Of a DNA stretch of 58,139 bases, positions 38,734 through 53,106 are shown piece by piece. The position numbers and the translations under genes are program-made. The first letter of the stretch is position 1. The number at the start of each line of letters is the position of its first letter. The notes under the pieces were generated by a model. That model was given only the letters and a program-made list of their open reading frames with translations. It was not told where the DNA came from and searched no databases. Location of the stretch: positions 1 through 58,139 of the forward strand of contig MQRK01170068.1 of NCBI GenBank assembly GCA_001938485.1. The letters are read 5' to 3'. The stretch is from Girardia tigrina. Taxonomy: Eukaryota.

Positions 38734-40848
38734 TGTGAGGAATATTTTGAATGTTTGATGTTATGTGTTTGAATGTGTATGTTGATTTGGAAATGTGTCT
38801 CTCCTAGCCAGATGGATGATTAATGTTTTAATTCTTATTATCTAAAAATAAGTAATGTTTAAATTTATTTTTAATTTCATATAATTTTAAAATTTTAAAT
38901 AAGTTAATTAATTTTTATAATATTTAATAAATAAATCAAATTAATATTTTTTTAAATAATTAATTATCATTTTAATTATTATCCAATAAGTTTTGAGTGA
39001 ATATTTTATTTAAATATTTAGTTCCCCATTTTCTAAAAAAGTAATGAGAATTAAACCATTAATCAATTTTCGCTTTGAATGCAAATGTAGGAAAGTTTTG
39101 ACAAAGATTGTTTTGAGGACAATCAAAATTGTTGTTTAAATAAAAATATAAAAAATCAAATTGGTGTTCTTAATAGTGCCATTTTCATTATTCGAAATTT
39201 CAGAAGTCATATTTATCGAAAAAACTTTATTAATGATATAAATTTATAAACAAATTTCTTGTTAATTAAATCCTTTCACCAAACTCCATCTATTAAATTT
39301 TTCTTTCAAATTAATTTGTACAATTTAACCTATAATTACAAAATTTATTTTATAAATTATAATTAAAAAAATTTTTATAAAAATTTAGCATAAAACTATT
39401 AAATTTAAATTTACAACAAGCGTTTAATTTAAAAAAAAATATTTCTTATAAATATTATTAATTTCAATTCGTTTATTATTTATTTTAAAATTCTTATTTT
39501 TAATTTTAATTAAAATTTATCGATTGTTATGACTGTAAATATTTTTATTTTATATAAGTATATAATTTCTTGTAAGTTTTCATTTAAAGATCATTTTTTT
39601 TAATTTTTAAACTTTTTATTTATTAAAAATTTTTAAACTTAAATTTAAAAAAAATATTAAATTATTTTGACGACTTGCAAATTTCAACTAACTCCTCATA
39701 ATTAGAAATTACATTATAAAAATTAAATGAGACTTACAAATACAATCATGTTGCATGAATACAACATTGGTTACTATTTTAATAATAAAATATGCATCTG
39801 ATGTAATTAATTTGGCCGAAAGCGTATATTTATAATTTTGTATTTTAATTATTTTATTTTTAATTATTTTAAATAATGATAATTAAAATAATAGCTTTGA
39901 AAAATAATTATCAATATATTTTTGGATAAATCATTTTTAAAACATTTTATTGATAGTAAAACTTTTTTTTCATTAAAACCGGAAACGATGTTTATATCAA
40001 CATTGTTTAATAAACTTGTACTTTAAATATTCCATAAATCATGGGTGAAAAGATAATTATCCTCGATGCCAGCCAACAGAACCATAACGATTTCAGTAGA
40101 AATTGTCTTTGAATTGTTTTTATTAACAAATGTTTTGTTTTTTCTAAAAAAAATATAAATATTTTTTTTAATTTTCGTTTACTTAATTTGATTGTTTACG
40201 TTATCAAACTAACAATATTTGCATGTGACAAATAATTTAAATGCTTTTGTTAGTAATTTTAAAGCAAATGACATTTAAAAACTTTGAATTAATTTTTTTA
40301 AAAAGAAATTAAAGTAAAGACTAATGCTATGGAAAAAAAATTTTCAAATTATTTTTTTCTAAAAAAAATAATTTAATTTATTTTGTACTGAGCAGAAAAA
40401 ATGCATTAATATTATTTTTTTTAATTTGTCATCTTGAAAAGAACACTTTTAAAAACATTAATGTTTATCGACACGAATATTATCAAAACTTTCGTACTTT
40501 TGCATAATACAATTGTTCAATAACCTTTATCCGAATATGTGAACTAAAAAACTGTCTATAAATATTTACTGTAAAATTTCATTGGTTAAAATTAAAATAA
40601 AAATTAATTATTTTAAAATATTGATTTACTTTAATTATTTAAAAATTTAAATTATCAAATTATTTAAAATTTTGTAATTATATTTAATTAAAATAAAATT
40701 AAATATTATATATAAATTTATAGTGAATTAGTTTCTGATTATAAAAATTAAAATAATAATTAGTCACCTGGGTAGGAGGGACACAATTCCAAATCAACAC
40801 CAAACATCAAACATTACAAACATCCCTTACAAACATCATTTCCTCATT
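38734..40848. mobile_element. Second, older and longer member of the TGTGAGGAATATTT TIR family
   Basis: 38734-38850 resembles 13543-13650; 40740-40848 resembles 14290-14413. No TSD recognisable. Confidence 0.65.
39225..39700 (+). repeat. Diverged dispersed AT-rich repeat; second copy at ~51800-52285
   Basis: Colinear blocks AAACAAATTTCTTGTTAATT, TCTATTAAATTTTTCTT, TTAAAATTTATC.ATTGTTAT.ACTGTAAA, both ending TCCTCATA. Confidence 0.7.
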
Positions 40849-40910
40849 TTTAATTTTTCAATAAAAATGTTGACATTAATTATAGAAAATATTTTATAGT
40901 GTATTATTAA

Positions 40911-41490
40911 TAAAGTAACCAGATGTCCCCCATTAACTGGGACTGTCTGAGATTTTAATAATTAATCCCACATCAGACAATTATCGAATCGCTTTATTAA
41001 ATTAATTATTTTTAAAAATGATAGAAAAAGTTATCGAGATCAAGAAGGAGTAATTGTAATATAATTATTTTTATTAAATATAATCTTTATTTTAAAATAT
41101 ATTAAAGTTATATTAACATATTAGCATATCAAAGTAGTACTCAAGCCTACCAAAAATCATAAGTTATGTTACAATAAAATTGAAGCTAACAATGATACTC
41201 TTTTGTAATGTATGACTGAAAGCGAGGAAGTGACATTCCAATTGTGTGGTACAATTGTTAAAATGTTCGCATTTGGGTAACAAATCATGAGAACATCAAA
41301 GGAATCATCCTAAATTTAACGTCTTCTGAGCCGTATCTAAATACTAAATCTGTTATCCCTTTTTTCTTTGAAGGAAACAATGTCACAGGACAAGTCTTTC
41401 TATAATTGCTTCAAAACTATTTGTTCACGTCACTGCAAGCACATTAAAATTATTTTATTTTTCAAGAAGAGGGACACCATCACATTGACA
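40911..41490 (+). mobile_element. hAT-Blackjack-like remnant
   Basis: Terminus TAAAGTAACCAGATGTCCCC...GGGACTGTC resembles Blackjack-type ends; degenerate GGGACA at 41471. Confidence 0.45.
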
Positions 41491-41579
41491 TCTCAGGATA
41501 CTAACTTATCTGAGTGAAAACCGAGGTGACCCAGCAGACCGGACGGTAGTAGCAGAGATCAAAAAAATGCAAAACGCAA

Positions 41580-42181
41580 GAGATCTTGGAGTAAAAAAGA
41601 TCAACCTGCTCAAAGCACTTCCAAAGCTGACATCAAAAAAGGTGATGCTATCTGTTTGGTGGGATTTCAAAGGAATCGTATTTTATTAGCTTCTTCCGGA
41701 CAAAACTACGATCAATGCGGCCGTCTACTGTCATCAGCTGGACAAATTAAATGAATCCCTTAAACACAAAAGGCCAGAATTGATCAATAAAAAAGGTGTA
41801 GTGTTTCACCAAGATAATGCCAGACCTCATACAAGTTTGGTAACTCGCCAAAAGCTTTTACAGCTTGGATGGAACATCATGCCTCGCCCACCATATTCTC
41901 CAGGCCTTGCACCTTCTGATTATCATTTGTTCCCGTCTCTACAAAATTATTTAGATGGTAACTGTTTTGGATCAAATGAAGATGTTAAAAATCACCTGGA
42001 AAAGTTTTTTAGCAGCAAAGAACAAATATTTTATGAACGTGGAATCATGTCACTGCCAGGAAGATGGAAGAAGGATTGGACCACAATGGTCAATATGTAT
42101 TTCAATAAAATATTTATTCGTCATAAAAATTTGTCTTTTACTTTAATACAAAAAAACGAAATGACTTTCTGAACAACCCAA
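41580..42181 (+). mobile_element. mariner 3' half (mellifera-subfamily-like)
   Basis: KKVMLSVWWDFKG, VFHQDNARPHTS, PPYSPGLAPSDYHLF; right TIR ending ACAACCCAA-TA. Confidence 0.9.
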
Positions 42182-42307
42182 TAGTAATCAATAAGCTTTT
42201 TATTGAATCTAATGCAATAACAATTTAGAAAGGAAGAGAAAGAAAAAGATCATACAATTAAATTTTAAATAATAAATTAAAAATTTTAAAATATAGTAAA
42301 AAATAAA

Positions 42308-42810
42308 TTGGGTTATTGCATAAGTTCTCATTGCTTTTAAACATTTATTTTTAAAGAAATCAAAAAATATTAACAATCAAAATGAATCAGTCACATATAT
42401 GTTTACAAAAATCATGAAATTTAAACAGCAAAAATAATAATACTTTAATCAATTATGTACTCTCCTTTATTGTTCATTACTTCTTCTCATCTTTCAACCA
42501 GTCTGTTGATTCCATTTTGCCACAAATCCTTAGATCGAGTTTCGAAGAAATTGTGGAGTTAATTATCAAGTTATTTAGATTTTCCTCATTTCATTTGAAA
42601 GGCAGGGAAAGAGATTGTAGTCCACCGGAGCGAGGTCTGGAAAATATGGATGATTTTAAAGGGGCAATCCAATAACACTCTTGAAGTTCCATTTTGACAG
42701 TTTTTGGAGGTGTGGTCCAGCAATATCACGGAGCAGGATTACCTAGGCCCATTGATCCAGTTATTTTTATTGAATCGCCTCATTGATTTGATGCAATTTG
42801 GTAATTACTA
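42308..42810 (-). mobile_element. Degenerate mariner 3' fragment
   Basis: TIR-like TTGGGTTATTGCATAAGTT; minus strand HPYFPDLAPVDYNLF. Confidence 0.7.
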
Positions 42811-43661
42811 ATTTGAAATTACTTACACTTTTTTAAACCCTGATGTACCTCAAAAAGACTTTTTATTCTCCAATCTTTTATTAAGTAAAAAGTGTTTATT
42901 AGACACTGTGATGGAATACTAGAACAGGTGTAAATAATTTTAGTTTTATTTTTAAGTGAAAACTGAAACATTTTTAGGCATCCTTGGAACTGAAGGTACT
43001 AAATTTATTGGTGTACATTTATGCATTGCACATTTAAATGACATAATTTAAGAAATGGACATTCCTGTCAAATAGCGGGAAGGAGGGCCTTCAAATAATA
43101 TAGATTATGAATACAGACCTGTTATAATTTTCTGTAAAATTTATTGTATCATCGAATTAAATAATATTTTATATCGCGAACATAATTTTAATTTATTTGC
43201 TTATTTTTCAAAAATATTCTAAATTGATATGTTTTTAATTTCAATAAATAAAATCGAAATTCAATTATAATGTCTCAATTATTATTTTTAATTTATTATA
43301 TTTTTTAAATTTATTTTAATGAGAGAAAATTTATATGTGACAGATAAGGAAAACTACGAAAAATAAAAAAAATAATCATTGTATTTCTTTTTTTCTTACA
43401 ACTGTGTGAAAAGTAATTTATCAATTCACCTGTTACTCTCTGTTTTCTCCCTTCATCAATATTTGTATTCGTCTTTATTCGAGTTTTTGCTGTTTTATTT
43501 TATTTGTATGAACTTCTTAAAAAATTGATTATTATTTTAAAAATAACAAGAAAATAATTATTTGTTTAATACAAGTTTTAAAAATAATTTTTATTACTAA
43601 ATTGTATTTTTTTTCAAAATCTTTTTAAATTTTTAAATCACACCAAATAATAATATAAATA

Positions 43662-45541
43662 CAGTAACTTTTTGAGATAATTTAATTTTTTTAATAATAA
43701 GCGTCTACTGACTGTTTCATTAGAAAACGCGGGAAATTTTCGAGATAATGAATTTTTTGATAATGAATGGGCAAAATTCTTAAAATTAGAAATTACTTTA
43801 GTAATTTTTAAATATTCAATGATCATAAAGTAAATATTTATATATTAAATTGCATTTATATTATTTATTTTATTTTAATAATGTAAAATTTTGAACATTT
43901 TTTAAAAATTTTGATTTTTTTAAGTTTAAATTTTTTTTTACTTTTTTGCATTTAAATTATTTTAGATCAATAAAGGCACATGATAATTAACAGAAAACCA
44001 AAAAGAAGAAGATATTCAATTGCAAAAAAAACTGGTCGTTGCAAATTTTAAACTGGAAAATAAATTTGTAACACAGGCATCTCTTGTCAATAAATTTAAG
44101 ATGCCAGCTGGAACGGTAAACAAAATTCTTAACAACTTGGAGAAGTATAAATCAGAATATGAAAAGGAAATAGCAGACAAGAAAAGTATTGTTTCAAATA
44201 TAAAGACACACGAAATATATCCGCATCTCTACGATTGAATATCAAGGAAGAGAAAGTTGAACAACACAATAACAAACTTAATGTTTGAGTAGATGGCATT
44301 AAAAATTGCCAAAAATTGGAAATGGAAAACTTTTAAGCTTCCAGCACATGAATATCGCAATTTAAAAAATCATTTGGAATAAAAACACAATATATTTTTG
44401 GTGAAGAAGGTTTTGTAAACCCTTTGGTTTTATGTGAATCATGGGCGGAATTCGAAAAAGTTTATAATAAATATGCTAATCGTGGCGTATTTAATTGTGA
44501 CGAAACAGAGTTGTTCTTTAAGTGTCCTCCAAAAAAGGCACTTATTTTAAGACACTAAGAAAAGGCTAGTGGAAAATTCTCTAAAGAAAGAGTAACACTT
44601 CTTTATTGCTAAATTAAAACGAATGAAAAAGTGCCCCGCTCTTAATAGGGAAATTTAAATCTCCCAGAGGATTTAAAAACCTCTAGTTTTTTAAGATATG
44701 CTTAAAATACGAGAATAACAAAACTTCTTGGATGACCTGTAAAATTTTTGGCCGGTGTTTACATGATCTTAATGAAAAATTGAAAAAAAATCGAAAAATT
44801 TTACTATTGCTACACAATACTGATAAGTTTTTCAGTAATATAGAGCTTTATTATCTTCCCATAAACAGTACTTTCAAGATACAGCCCCTAGATCAAGGAA
44901 TTATCAAAGCACATTACACAAAACATTTTACGAGAAATTTAACTATAGAAAATGAAAATGACACCATAACATATGAGGAAGCAATTAAAAGAACTCGTTT
45001 AGTAGATGTCCTTCCGCTCATATTAAATGCTTGGAGCTCAGTTAGCAAAACAATTATAGCAAACAGTTTTAGACATGGATTTATTAATTAGAGAGGATAT
45101 TCTAAAGATACAGTTCATGTAAATGAAGTTATTAATACCGCTTCATCAGATACTAACATAGATGTTTCTGAAATATTTGAATACAATGACTTTCCAATAT
45201 GTGCAGATTCCGATATTAATAACGCAGCTTTTATCGAACGGGTTGAATCTCTAAATAAATTTGTTGAACATGAAGAAACATTAGAACAAGATGAACCAGA
45301 GATCGGATATACAGATGCTGTGTGTTGTTTAAAAAATTTGGAAAGGTACTTTCTTGTGTATAATAACACTGCCATCAAAACCTTGGATGATCTTAGAAAT
45401 CAATTACTAGATAGCAAAAAAAAGGACTTTAAAAATAACGGATTTTTTTTAAAAATGAATAAATGTTGAAATCTTCATTATCTCTTTTTAATTAGCGGGA
45501 ATTTTTTAGGTCATCGTGGTTCTCATTATTTCAAAAAGTTA

Positions 45542-45544
<3 letters not shown>
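43662..45544 (+). mobile_element. pogo/Tigger family A near full-length element, transposase decayed
   Basis: TIRs CAGTAACTTTTTGA(G/A)ATAAT with TA flanks. NCDET.LFFK, KERVTLL, WMT..IF, LPINST..IQPLDQGII. Confidence 0.92.
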
Positions 45545-45588
<44 letters not shown>

Positions 45589-45874
45589 AATATTTTAATA
45601 TGATTCAATGAATGATTTTGAACATTTAAGAGTCATTTGAAACTTTTAATTAGCAATGCTTCCATGATTATCTTTTCCTTATTATTATTAAAATTATTTC
45701 ACAAAATTTAAAACTCTTTATTATAATCGACTTTATTTCGATCTTTGCAATATAATATATTATAAAGAACGAGCTGTTTCTACACAGTTGAGTTCAGCAA
45801 TTTTTGTTTGAAAATGTACAGTGCCTCTCCAATGTACAAAGCTTTACATTCATTACATTTAAATTGATATAATA

Positions 45875-47147
45875 TTAGGGGTACCCAAATGTTATGTCGT
45901 TTTTTATTGATTTTTAGAAACAAAAATAAAACCATATAAAAAATTTATTTAATCAGAAAAATAGTCCCCATCGCAATCGATGACCTTTTCCCAACGTGAT
46001 ATAAGTTTTTCTATGCCATTAGAAAAAAAGGATTCGTCCTTGGATTCGAAAAACTTCACCAGTTCATTTTGGACATCATCCATTGATAGGAATTTTTTAC
46101 CCTGAAGATAATGTTGCAAAGATCTAAAGAGATGGTAATCCGAAGGGGCCAAGTCAGGAGAGTATGCCGGATGAGGTAGAACTNNNNNNNNNNNNNNNNN
46201 NNNNNNNNNNNNNNNNNNNNNNNNNNNNNNNNNNNNNNNNNNNNNNNNNNNNNNNNNNNNNNNNNNNNNNNNNNNNNNNNNNNNNNNNNNNNNNNNNNNN
46301 NNNNNNNNNNNNNNNNNNNNNNNNNNNNNNNNNNNNNNNNNNNNNNNNNNNNNNNNNNNNNNNNNNNNNNNNNNNNNNNNNNNNNNNNNNNNNNNNNNNN
46401 NNNNNNNNNNNNNNNNNNNNNNNNNNNNNNNNNNNNNNNNNNNNNNNNNNNNNNNNNNNNNNNNNNNNNNNNNNNNNNNNNNNNNNNNNNNNNNNNNNNN
46501 NNNNNNNNNNNNNNNNNNNNNNNNNNNNNNNNNNNNNNNNNNNNNNNNNNNNNNNNNNNNNNNNNNNNNNNNNNNNNNNNNNNNNNNNNNNNNNNNNNNN
46601 NNNNNNNNNNNNNNNNNNNNNNNNNNNNNNNNNNNNNNNNNNNNNNNNNNNNNNNNNNNNNNNNNNNNNNNNNNNNNNNNNNNNNNNNNNNNNNNNNNNN
46701 NNNNNNNNNNNNNNNNNNNNNNNNNNNNNNNNNNNNNNNNNNNNNNNNNNNNNNNNNNNNNNNNNNNNNNNNNNNNNNNNNNNNNNNNNNNNNNNNNNNN
46801 NNNNNNNNNNNNNNNNNNNNNNNNNNNNNNNNNNNNNNNNNNNNNNNNNNNNNNNNNNNNNNNNNNNNNNNNNNNNNNNNNNNNNNNNNNNNNNNNNNNN
46901 NNNNNNNNNTGCCTTTAAACCGCGGTCAAATTGAAAAAGTATACAATGACGCAAATGTGACTCATCCAATTTGTCTATTTCATCAATAAAATCATATGAC
47001 ATTTTATCTAAAAATAGGCACAAATAAAGTTAATACACTAACTGAAATTAATAAATAAAAATGGCAGAGTCAAAATAATGTAAGCGGCAGTTAAACGATT
47101 TAGAAAAATATATCAAAAAAAACGACATAACATTTGGGTACCCCTAA
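45875..47147 (-). mobile_element. Young full-length mariner; transposase ~47002 to 45949, middle in N gap
   Basis: Perfect ~31-bp TIRs TTAGGGGTACCCAAATGTTATGTCGTTTTTT, TA TSD. HLRHCILFQFDRG ... HPAYSPDLAPSDYHLFRSL...RWEKVIDCDGDYF. Confidence 0.95.
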
Positions 47148-47449
47148 TAGATTTGCTTGTAAACTGAAAGATGTTTTAGATTTATTTGAAAAGAAACATG
47201 ATATTTTATTCGTAGTAAAGATCATTCTAAATTTAAAATTTGCTGAAGTTCATTTCCATAATGACTTCTTGTACTCATTTGCTGTATCATAGAATTGTAT
47301 TTTAAAGTAACCTTAAATAGATTATTTTTTATATTATTTAGAGTAATCGGTTTGATCTCGAGATTTCCGATATATAAATTCAAAAATGATTCAAAATGAT
47401 TCATTGCAACTGGCCATCCTTCATTCACATGATAACTAACATTTTGTGG

Positions 47450-47940
47450 CCTGCCTAGGAAAAAATGGAGGATGACGGCATTGATGAAATGTGGTCTCAA
47501 CAGAACGGAATAACATCCACACATTACGGGAGACAATCATCTTGCTTCGAGAAAAATTTCCTGAGCGTCTGATTTCGCTTCAGGGATGCCTGCAAGAATG
47601 GTCTCTGATGTCATGTAACCTAACAGCTTCCTTCTATAAAGGGAATATATGAAGTCCCAAGTCTACTTGAACCATCCTCAAACAAATCCTAAACTGAAGA
47701 GGGAAATTACACGGATAATCAACAAAATTGACAGGGACGTCTGCGAAAGATTTATCGTTTATTTCAACAATTGGATGACTACCTGCAGAGGAAGTGGAGC
47801 TAGACATATGATCCATATTATTTTTCATTATTAAATCGAAGTATATATTGGATAAAATTAAATTAAAAATTTTGATTTTGCATCGATTTTGCTGATTTAT
47901 TGCATTTTGAAAAACTGTATACTTTATGAAACACCATTTA
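47450..47940 (+). mobile_element. rosa/DD41D-type Tc1-mariner 3' remnant
   Basis: LLREKFPERLISL...YMKSQVYLNHPQT..KLKREI..II. Confidence 0.65.
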
Positions 47941-48716
47941 TTTGTAACATAAACATTTATTCGATGATCAACTAACATATGCTTCTACAATCATCCTTTG
48001 GTTTCATAACTTTTGTAGCAGTTCTCTTTGAGGCATATAAAAGTACCACCACGCCTATGTCACTCAGGCACTGTGTCCATATGTGCATTCTGTATATGTA
48101 GTTTTATTCCTTTCGCTCAGCAAATTTTTTCTAGTGCAAATAATCAAGTTGACGGAACTGACTGATGACTAAGATCAGTAAACTTACAATAATAAATAAA
48201 AAATATATTAAAATAATACAGTTATATTTAATCACAATAAACAGTAACAAAAAGATTAAAAAATTGCCAGGATTACTAGTTGAGGAAATGGATAGTATAT
48301 AAATAAGTTACTAAGCATTGTTAAAATATTTCGTAGTTTTGTTATTTTCTGGTTTTACAGTAATAGATTGGATGATTAATGTTTGGTAAAGAGACGACGA
48401 GATTTGTTGGATGTTAGAACTTATAACCGGTGCCCTCAAGAGAAAATATAGCAACCATGGCAAAGACTAGTACAGTAGAATCAAAAGAAACCTAATGTTT
48501 CATGGGTTGAATTGGGATGATTTTTTGATAGAGGAAAGCGATGATGGAAGACTCTGAGTAATTGGAGAGCTTCTTTCGTTAGTTGATGGAGGATGTCGGG
48601 AAATTTGATAAAACTATCCGCATAAAATCCAAGAAAACAGAAAGAAATTTTAGATCATTTTTTAGTGATTTTTTATTTTTCAAATTAATCCATATGATAT
48701 AATTTACATATATATA

Positions 48717-50100
48717 CAGGGTTTTTCAATTAAAATCAGAAGTTTTTCAAATAAAATCAGAGATGTTTCAATTAAAATCAGAATGTGGAAATCAAAATCA
48801 AATCATTTAATTAAATTTTAAAATAAATTAATCGTTTAATTTGTAAATGTTATTTAAGAAAGCAATTATTGAAAGACATCTTGAAAAATTGTTCATCTAC
48901 ATTTATTTTTACATGTGTAATTCGTATAAAAAATAAAATCTAAGCCCATGGTTTTAATCGAAAGAAAAAAACAGCTTTCGAATCGTGAAAGAGAATTGAT
49001 ATGCAGTACATACGACACTGGAAAAACACTTAAAACGATTTCAAGTGAGCTCGATGTGAACTATAAAACCGTCTTTAGTGTTGTGAAAGTTTATAAAGCC
49101 AGTGGTAGAATAAATTCACTACCAGTCCGTGGTCATAAAACTCCAATTCTTAACCAAGAACATGTGAATTTTATTAAAAATAAAATCGAAACTGATTGTT
49201 CAATAACACTTGGATTGTTAAAAAATGACTTGGTGTTGGAAAAAACATTCTTGCTTCCAAATCTACAATTTATCGTTCAATAAAAGTATTTAATTTTTCT
49301 TTGAAACGAGCGTTTCGATATTGTCCCAGAATCTCGAAATACAGCATCGTGTATATATAGCATCATGATTTGAGTTTGCAAATTACTACTTGTCTTTAAA
49401 TGAAGAAGATATTATGTTAATTGTTCAATGAGAAAATCTTATGGACGAAGTCAGCTAGGAACGCCTGCTAAGAAAACAATTAGAACAATTCGCAGTAAAA
49501 ACTTTTCAATTTCGGCGGCTTTTAGTAAAACAGGGTTGTTAAAATATGAAGTATTGGAAGCTCTAATAATGGAAACACTTTTATTTCGTTTATAAACAGG
49601 CTGCTTTCTTTCTTGGCGGACAATAACTATGAAAAAACGTTATTATAATGGATAATTGCGCAATACACAAAGTTGGTGGAGTTTGTGAAGCAATTACGAA
49701 TGCTGGACATGTTTTAAAATTCCTTTCGCCGTACTCTCCACAATTAAATCTGATTGAAGAATGCTTTTCAAAATGGAAAAATGGAATCAAATCTAAAAAT
49801 GTTGTTGTGCAAGTGAATTGATGGAAGCCATTCAAACAGGGAAAGATTCAATCACATCAGAAGATTGTTTTGGGTTTTTTAATGATACTCGTCGTTATGC
49901 TTTAAAAGCAATGAGACGTGAAGAATTTTGATTAAATAAAACTTAGGAAGAAGAAATATTTTTAAATTACTGTGTATCATTAATGTTGAATATATTGTTG
50001 TTATAACGCTTATATTTTTTAACAAAATTAAAGTTTAATTATCTTTAAAATAAGTTCTGATTTTAATTGAAACGTTTCTGATTTTAATTGAAAAACCCTG
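48717..50100 (+). mobile_element. IS630-like/Tc1 DD34E transposon, frameshifted transposase 48948-49931
   Basis: TA-CAGGGTTTTTCAATTAAAATCAGAA TIRs with tandem subterminal TTTCAATTAAAATCAGA repeats. HTH N-terminus; IIMDNCAIHK...FLSPYSPQLNLIEECFSKWK. Confidence 0.92.
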
Positions 50101-50169
50101 TATAATATGTATTTAATAATATAATTTAATTTTATTTATAAATCATTAGATAGGTCACTACAACATCAA

Positions 50170-51700
50170 GAAAGAAAAATACAATCTACTCTCTTGAAAC
50201 GCAGTTGAAATATTTTTGGATCCCATTTCCTTGTTCAAAAGCCTCTTTCAGTTTTTCGGTTACAGTGCCTTTAAAAATGTGTTGCAATTCATCATCGTTG
50301 TCAAACACCCCTCTCGAATTAAAGCACTCTCTATATTCTGCCAAGTCATTTTTGTAGCAAAAGATCCAGAGCATATCGCGAGTAACAATCTCTCATCAGT
50401 TGAGTTTAAAACACTTTTCATTTTAATCACCTCTTCTTCTTGTAAAACTCATAATACGTCTATTAACTGGAATCACTCTAGGCTGAGTCAAACCAATAAA
50501 TAATTCCCAATAGGTGTTCTATCAAGCTTCGTTTTTAGATGGACCGTGCGCTTACAACTGTTACGGAAAGCTTATAACCATGAAACATCCTTCTCAGACG
50601 TTGTCTAACCTTCGCTTCTATAGTAGAATGTAGGGAAAGTGCTCGATCTGATCAGTTTTGTTTTCAATAATATTTATGCGTAGTTGCACGGTATTACGGG
50701 TTGCAACTCTTTAAGCTTCTGCATTCCGCAGCATATACATTGACTAATATTCGACTGTGATCAAAATACTGGCAAGATAACAGAATTCGTTCACCCCTTT
50801 TATGACGGTCTTACCACAAGTATTCCGAATTGTCAGTGAGACACATGAATTTCGACTTAGTTACAATTATAGTCAACATGAATTCGTCATATTTTTTCTC
50901 AGCATATTTTAATTTCTAAAGGGCACGATAAAGGTCGGAATCAATGATGTATAAATCATCCGCATATGCCAACATATTGACTTGCATTTCAGCATCAATA
51001 ACGACAATGAAGGTTATTCCGTCCACTGAAAACTTTCTGTAAAGTCATTGTTTTAATGACTTTATCAAATACCAAATTAAATAATCAAGACGCCATCTCA
51101 CATAAATGCCTGACCTTCTTTATATGAAAAAAATCACTACTCCCAACAAAAGCAACAAAATTTACATGAAAGTCTTTATAAACCACATAATTTTTGTCGG
51201 TTAGACCGAATTTTTTTAGGCTTGCTCTCAGGACTTCGCGCGGGAAAATTTCAAAAGCATTTTCAGATTGATGAATATAGTACATACTGTCCCGTTTCGA
51301 TATTGAACTTCCTCCTACATCTTTCTGAGTATACTTATGGCCTGTAGAGAACATGTTGTAGTTCGAAAACGAATTGCTTATGAACTAGTCTTTTTTTATC
51401 ACTCGCCAGAATATATTTACTTCCAAAATGAAAAAAACACCAATAATTATTCACATCAGACCCCGAAGACTTTCCCTTGTAAAGTTTTACCACTTGTTGC
51501 GCTTCTCCATTTGGTCTGGAACTGGCTATGATCTCCGTTCAATATCAACTCCAAATCATGCCACAGTTTTTCAAGGAGTGAATTCCCTATCCATTTCAAA
51601 ACCTCTGCAATCACTCCCATGAATCCGGCTGGCTTCTAATAACTTAGCTGTGAGAGGACAAGCTGGACTCCTGCTTAAAGACCCTGCATTGATTTAGCTT
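50170..51700 (-). mobile_element. Decayed LINE ORF2 RT region (RTE-like, clade uncertain)
   Basis: VVKLYKGK, ENAFEIFPREVL...KFGL, NMLAYADDLYII, KGVNEFCYLASIL. Confidence 0.8.
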
Positions 51701-53106
51701 ACATTGGGATATCAAGTTATGTTACTTGTATTGTGTAATTAGCGTTTATGCCACTTTCATTATCACTAGAATTACGATTCATAATTTAACACCAAAATTT
51801 TATTAATGACAATATTTACCTTATTTAAACAAATTTCTTGTTAATTCAATTATTTCGCTAAAATCAATCTATTAAATTTTTCTTCCACTTCAATTTGTAA
51901 AATGTAATAAATTTTAAAACTTTAAATTAATACAATAAATTTTTAAATTATAACTAAAAAGTTTTTATAAAATTTTATCCTAAAACTAATTAGTTTAAAT
52001 TTATTATAAGCCTTTTATTTAAAAAATTATTTCTTGAAATAATATAAAATGTAATCCGTTATTATTTATTTTTTAAATTCTGATTTAACACTTTTATTAA
52101 AATTTATCAATTGTTATAACTGTAAACATTTTTTAATTTTTAATAAGTATTTAATTTTTAATGGTTTTTTTATTATTTAATTTTTAATTTCAAAAAAAAC
52201 ATTTGTATTTACTTTTTTTAAAACTTTCAAATTAAAAGATAATAAACTATTTTTGTGAAAAACAAATTTAAATTAAATCCTCATACAGTGTAAACATGAA
52301 AACATTTTTATTATTGATAACAATAAAATTGTGATTTTTAATTAGTACAAAAACAAAATATAATAACAGATAATTCTTAATTTTTAAATAAAATTCGTAA
52401 AATAAAATGAATTATTCACTTATTTATTTATTATTTATTTATTATTACTTATTTATTAAATATTATAATTATTTTGTAGATTAGAAAACAAATTATTAAT
52501 AATTAGTTTTCATTTTATAATTAGATTTTTGACACTTCAAGATGTGACGACTTATTTGGAAATAATAGATTTAAATTTTTATGAAAATTTGTCAATGAAA
52601 ACAAATTACATTTCTTAAAATAAAAAAGAATAATAATTTAAAATAAAATTCATTGTGTAAATTTTTAATTGTAATATTATTTATTTGATATCACTTTTGA
52701 TACTAAAATAAATATGATACGATAATAATAAGAATACAGATTAATATATTAAAACTCAATTTGTGTAAATATTGTATTTGTTAGGGGTTTATATAGTGGT
52801 TTTCATCAGCCTTGAAAATTGATAGAATAAAACAAAGACTAAAATATTTTTAATTTTCAGTTCCAAATTTTGATACACTAAATATTATTTTGTTTAAAAT
52901 TAATAATTTTGCCAAAAGAATTATTTTAAATTTTTTCTACATAAAATTTTATCAAAAATGTTCATATATATATTTCGGAACCCTAACATATTTAGGCACA
53001 ATTTGTAAGCTACTGAAATCATTGAATCATATTTGTTTATTAATTCATTTTAAAAAATATCTGGCAATAATAATTGAAATTAATTGAAATAATAATTGAA
53101 ATTAAG

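Noticed and set aside
46154-47023. Long ORFs 46154-47023 and 46164-46934, and others spanning N runs or (TA)n (YIYIYI)
   Set aside because: Artefacts of gaps and microsatellites.
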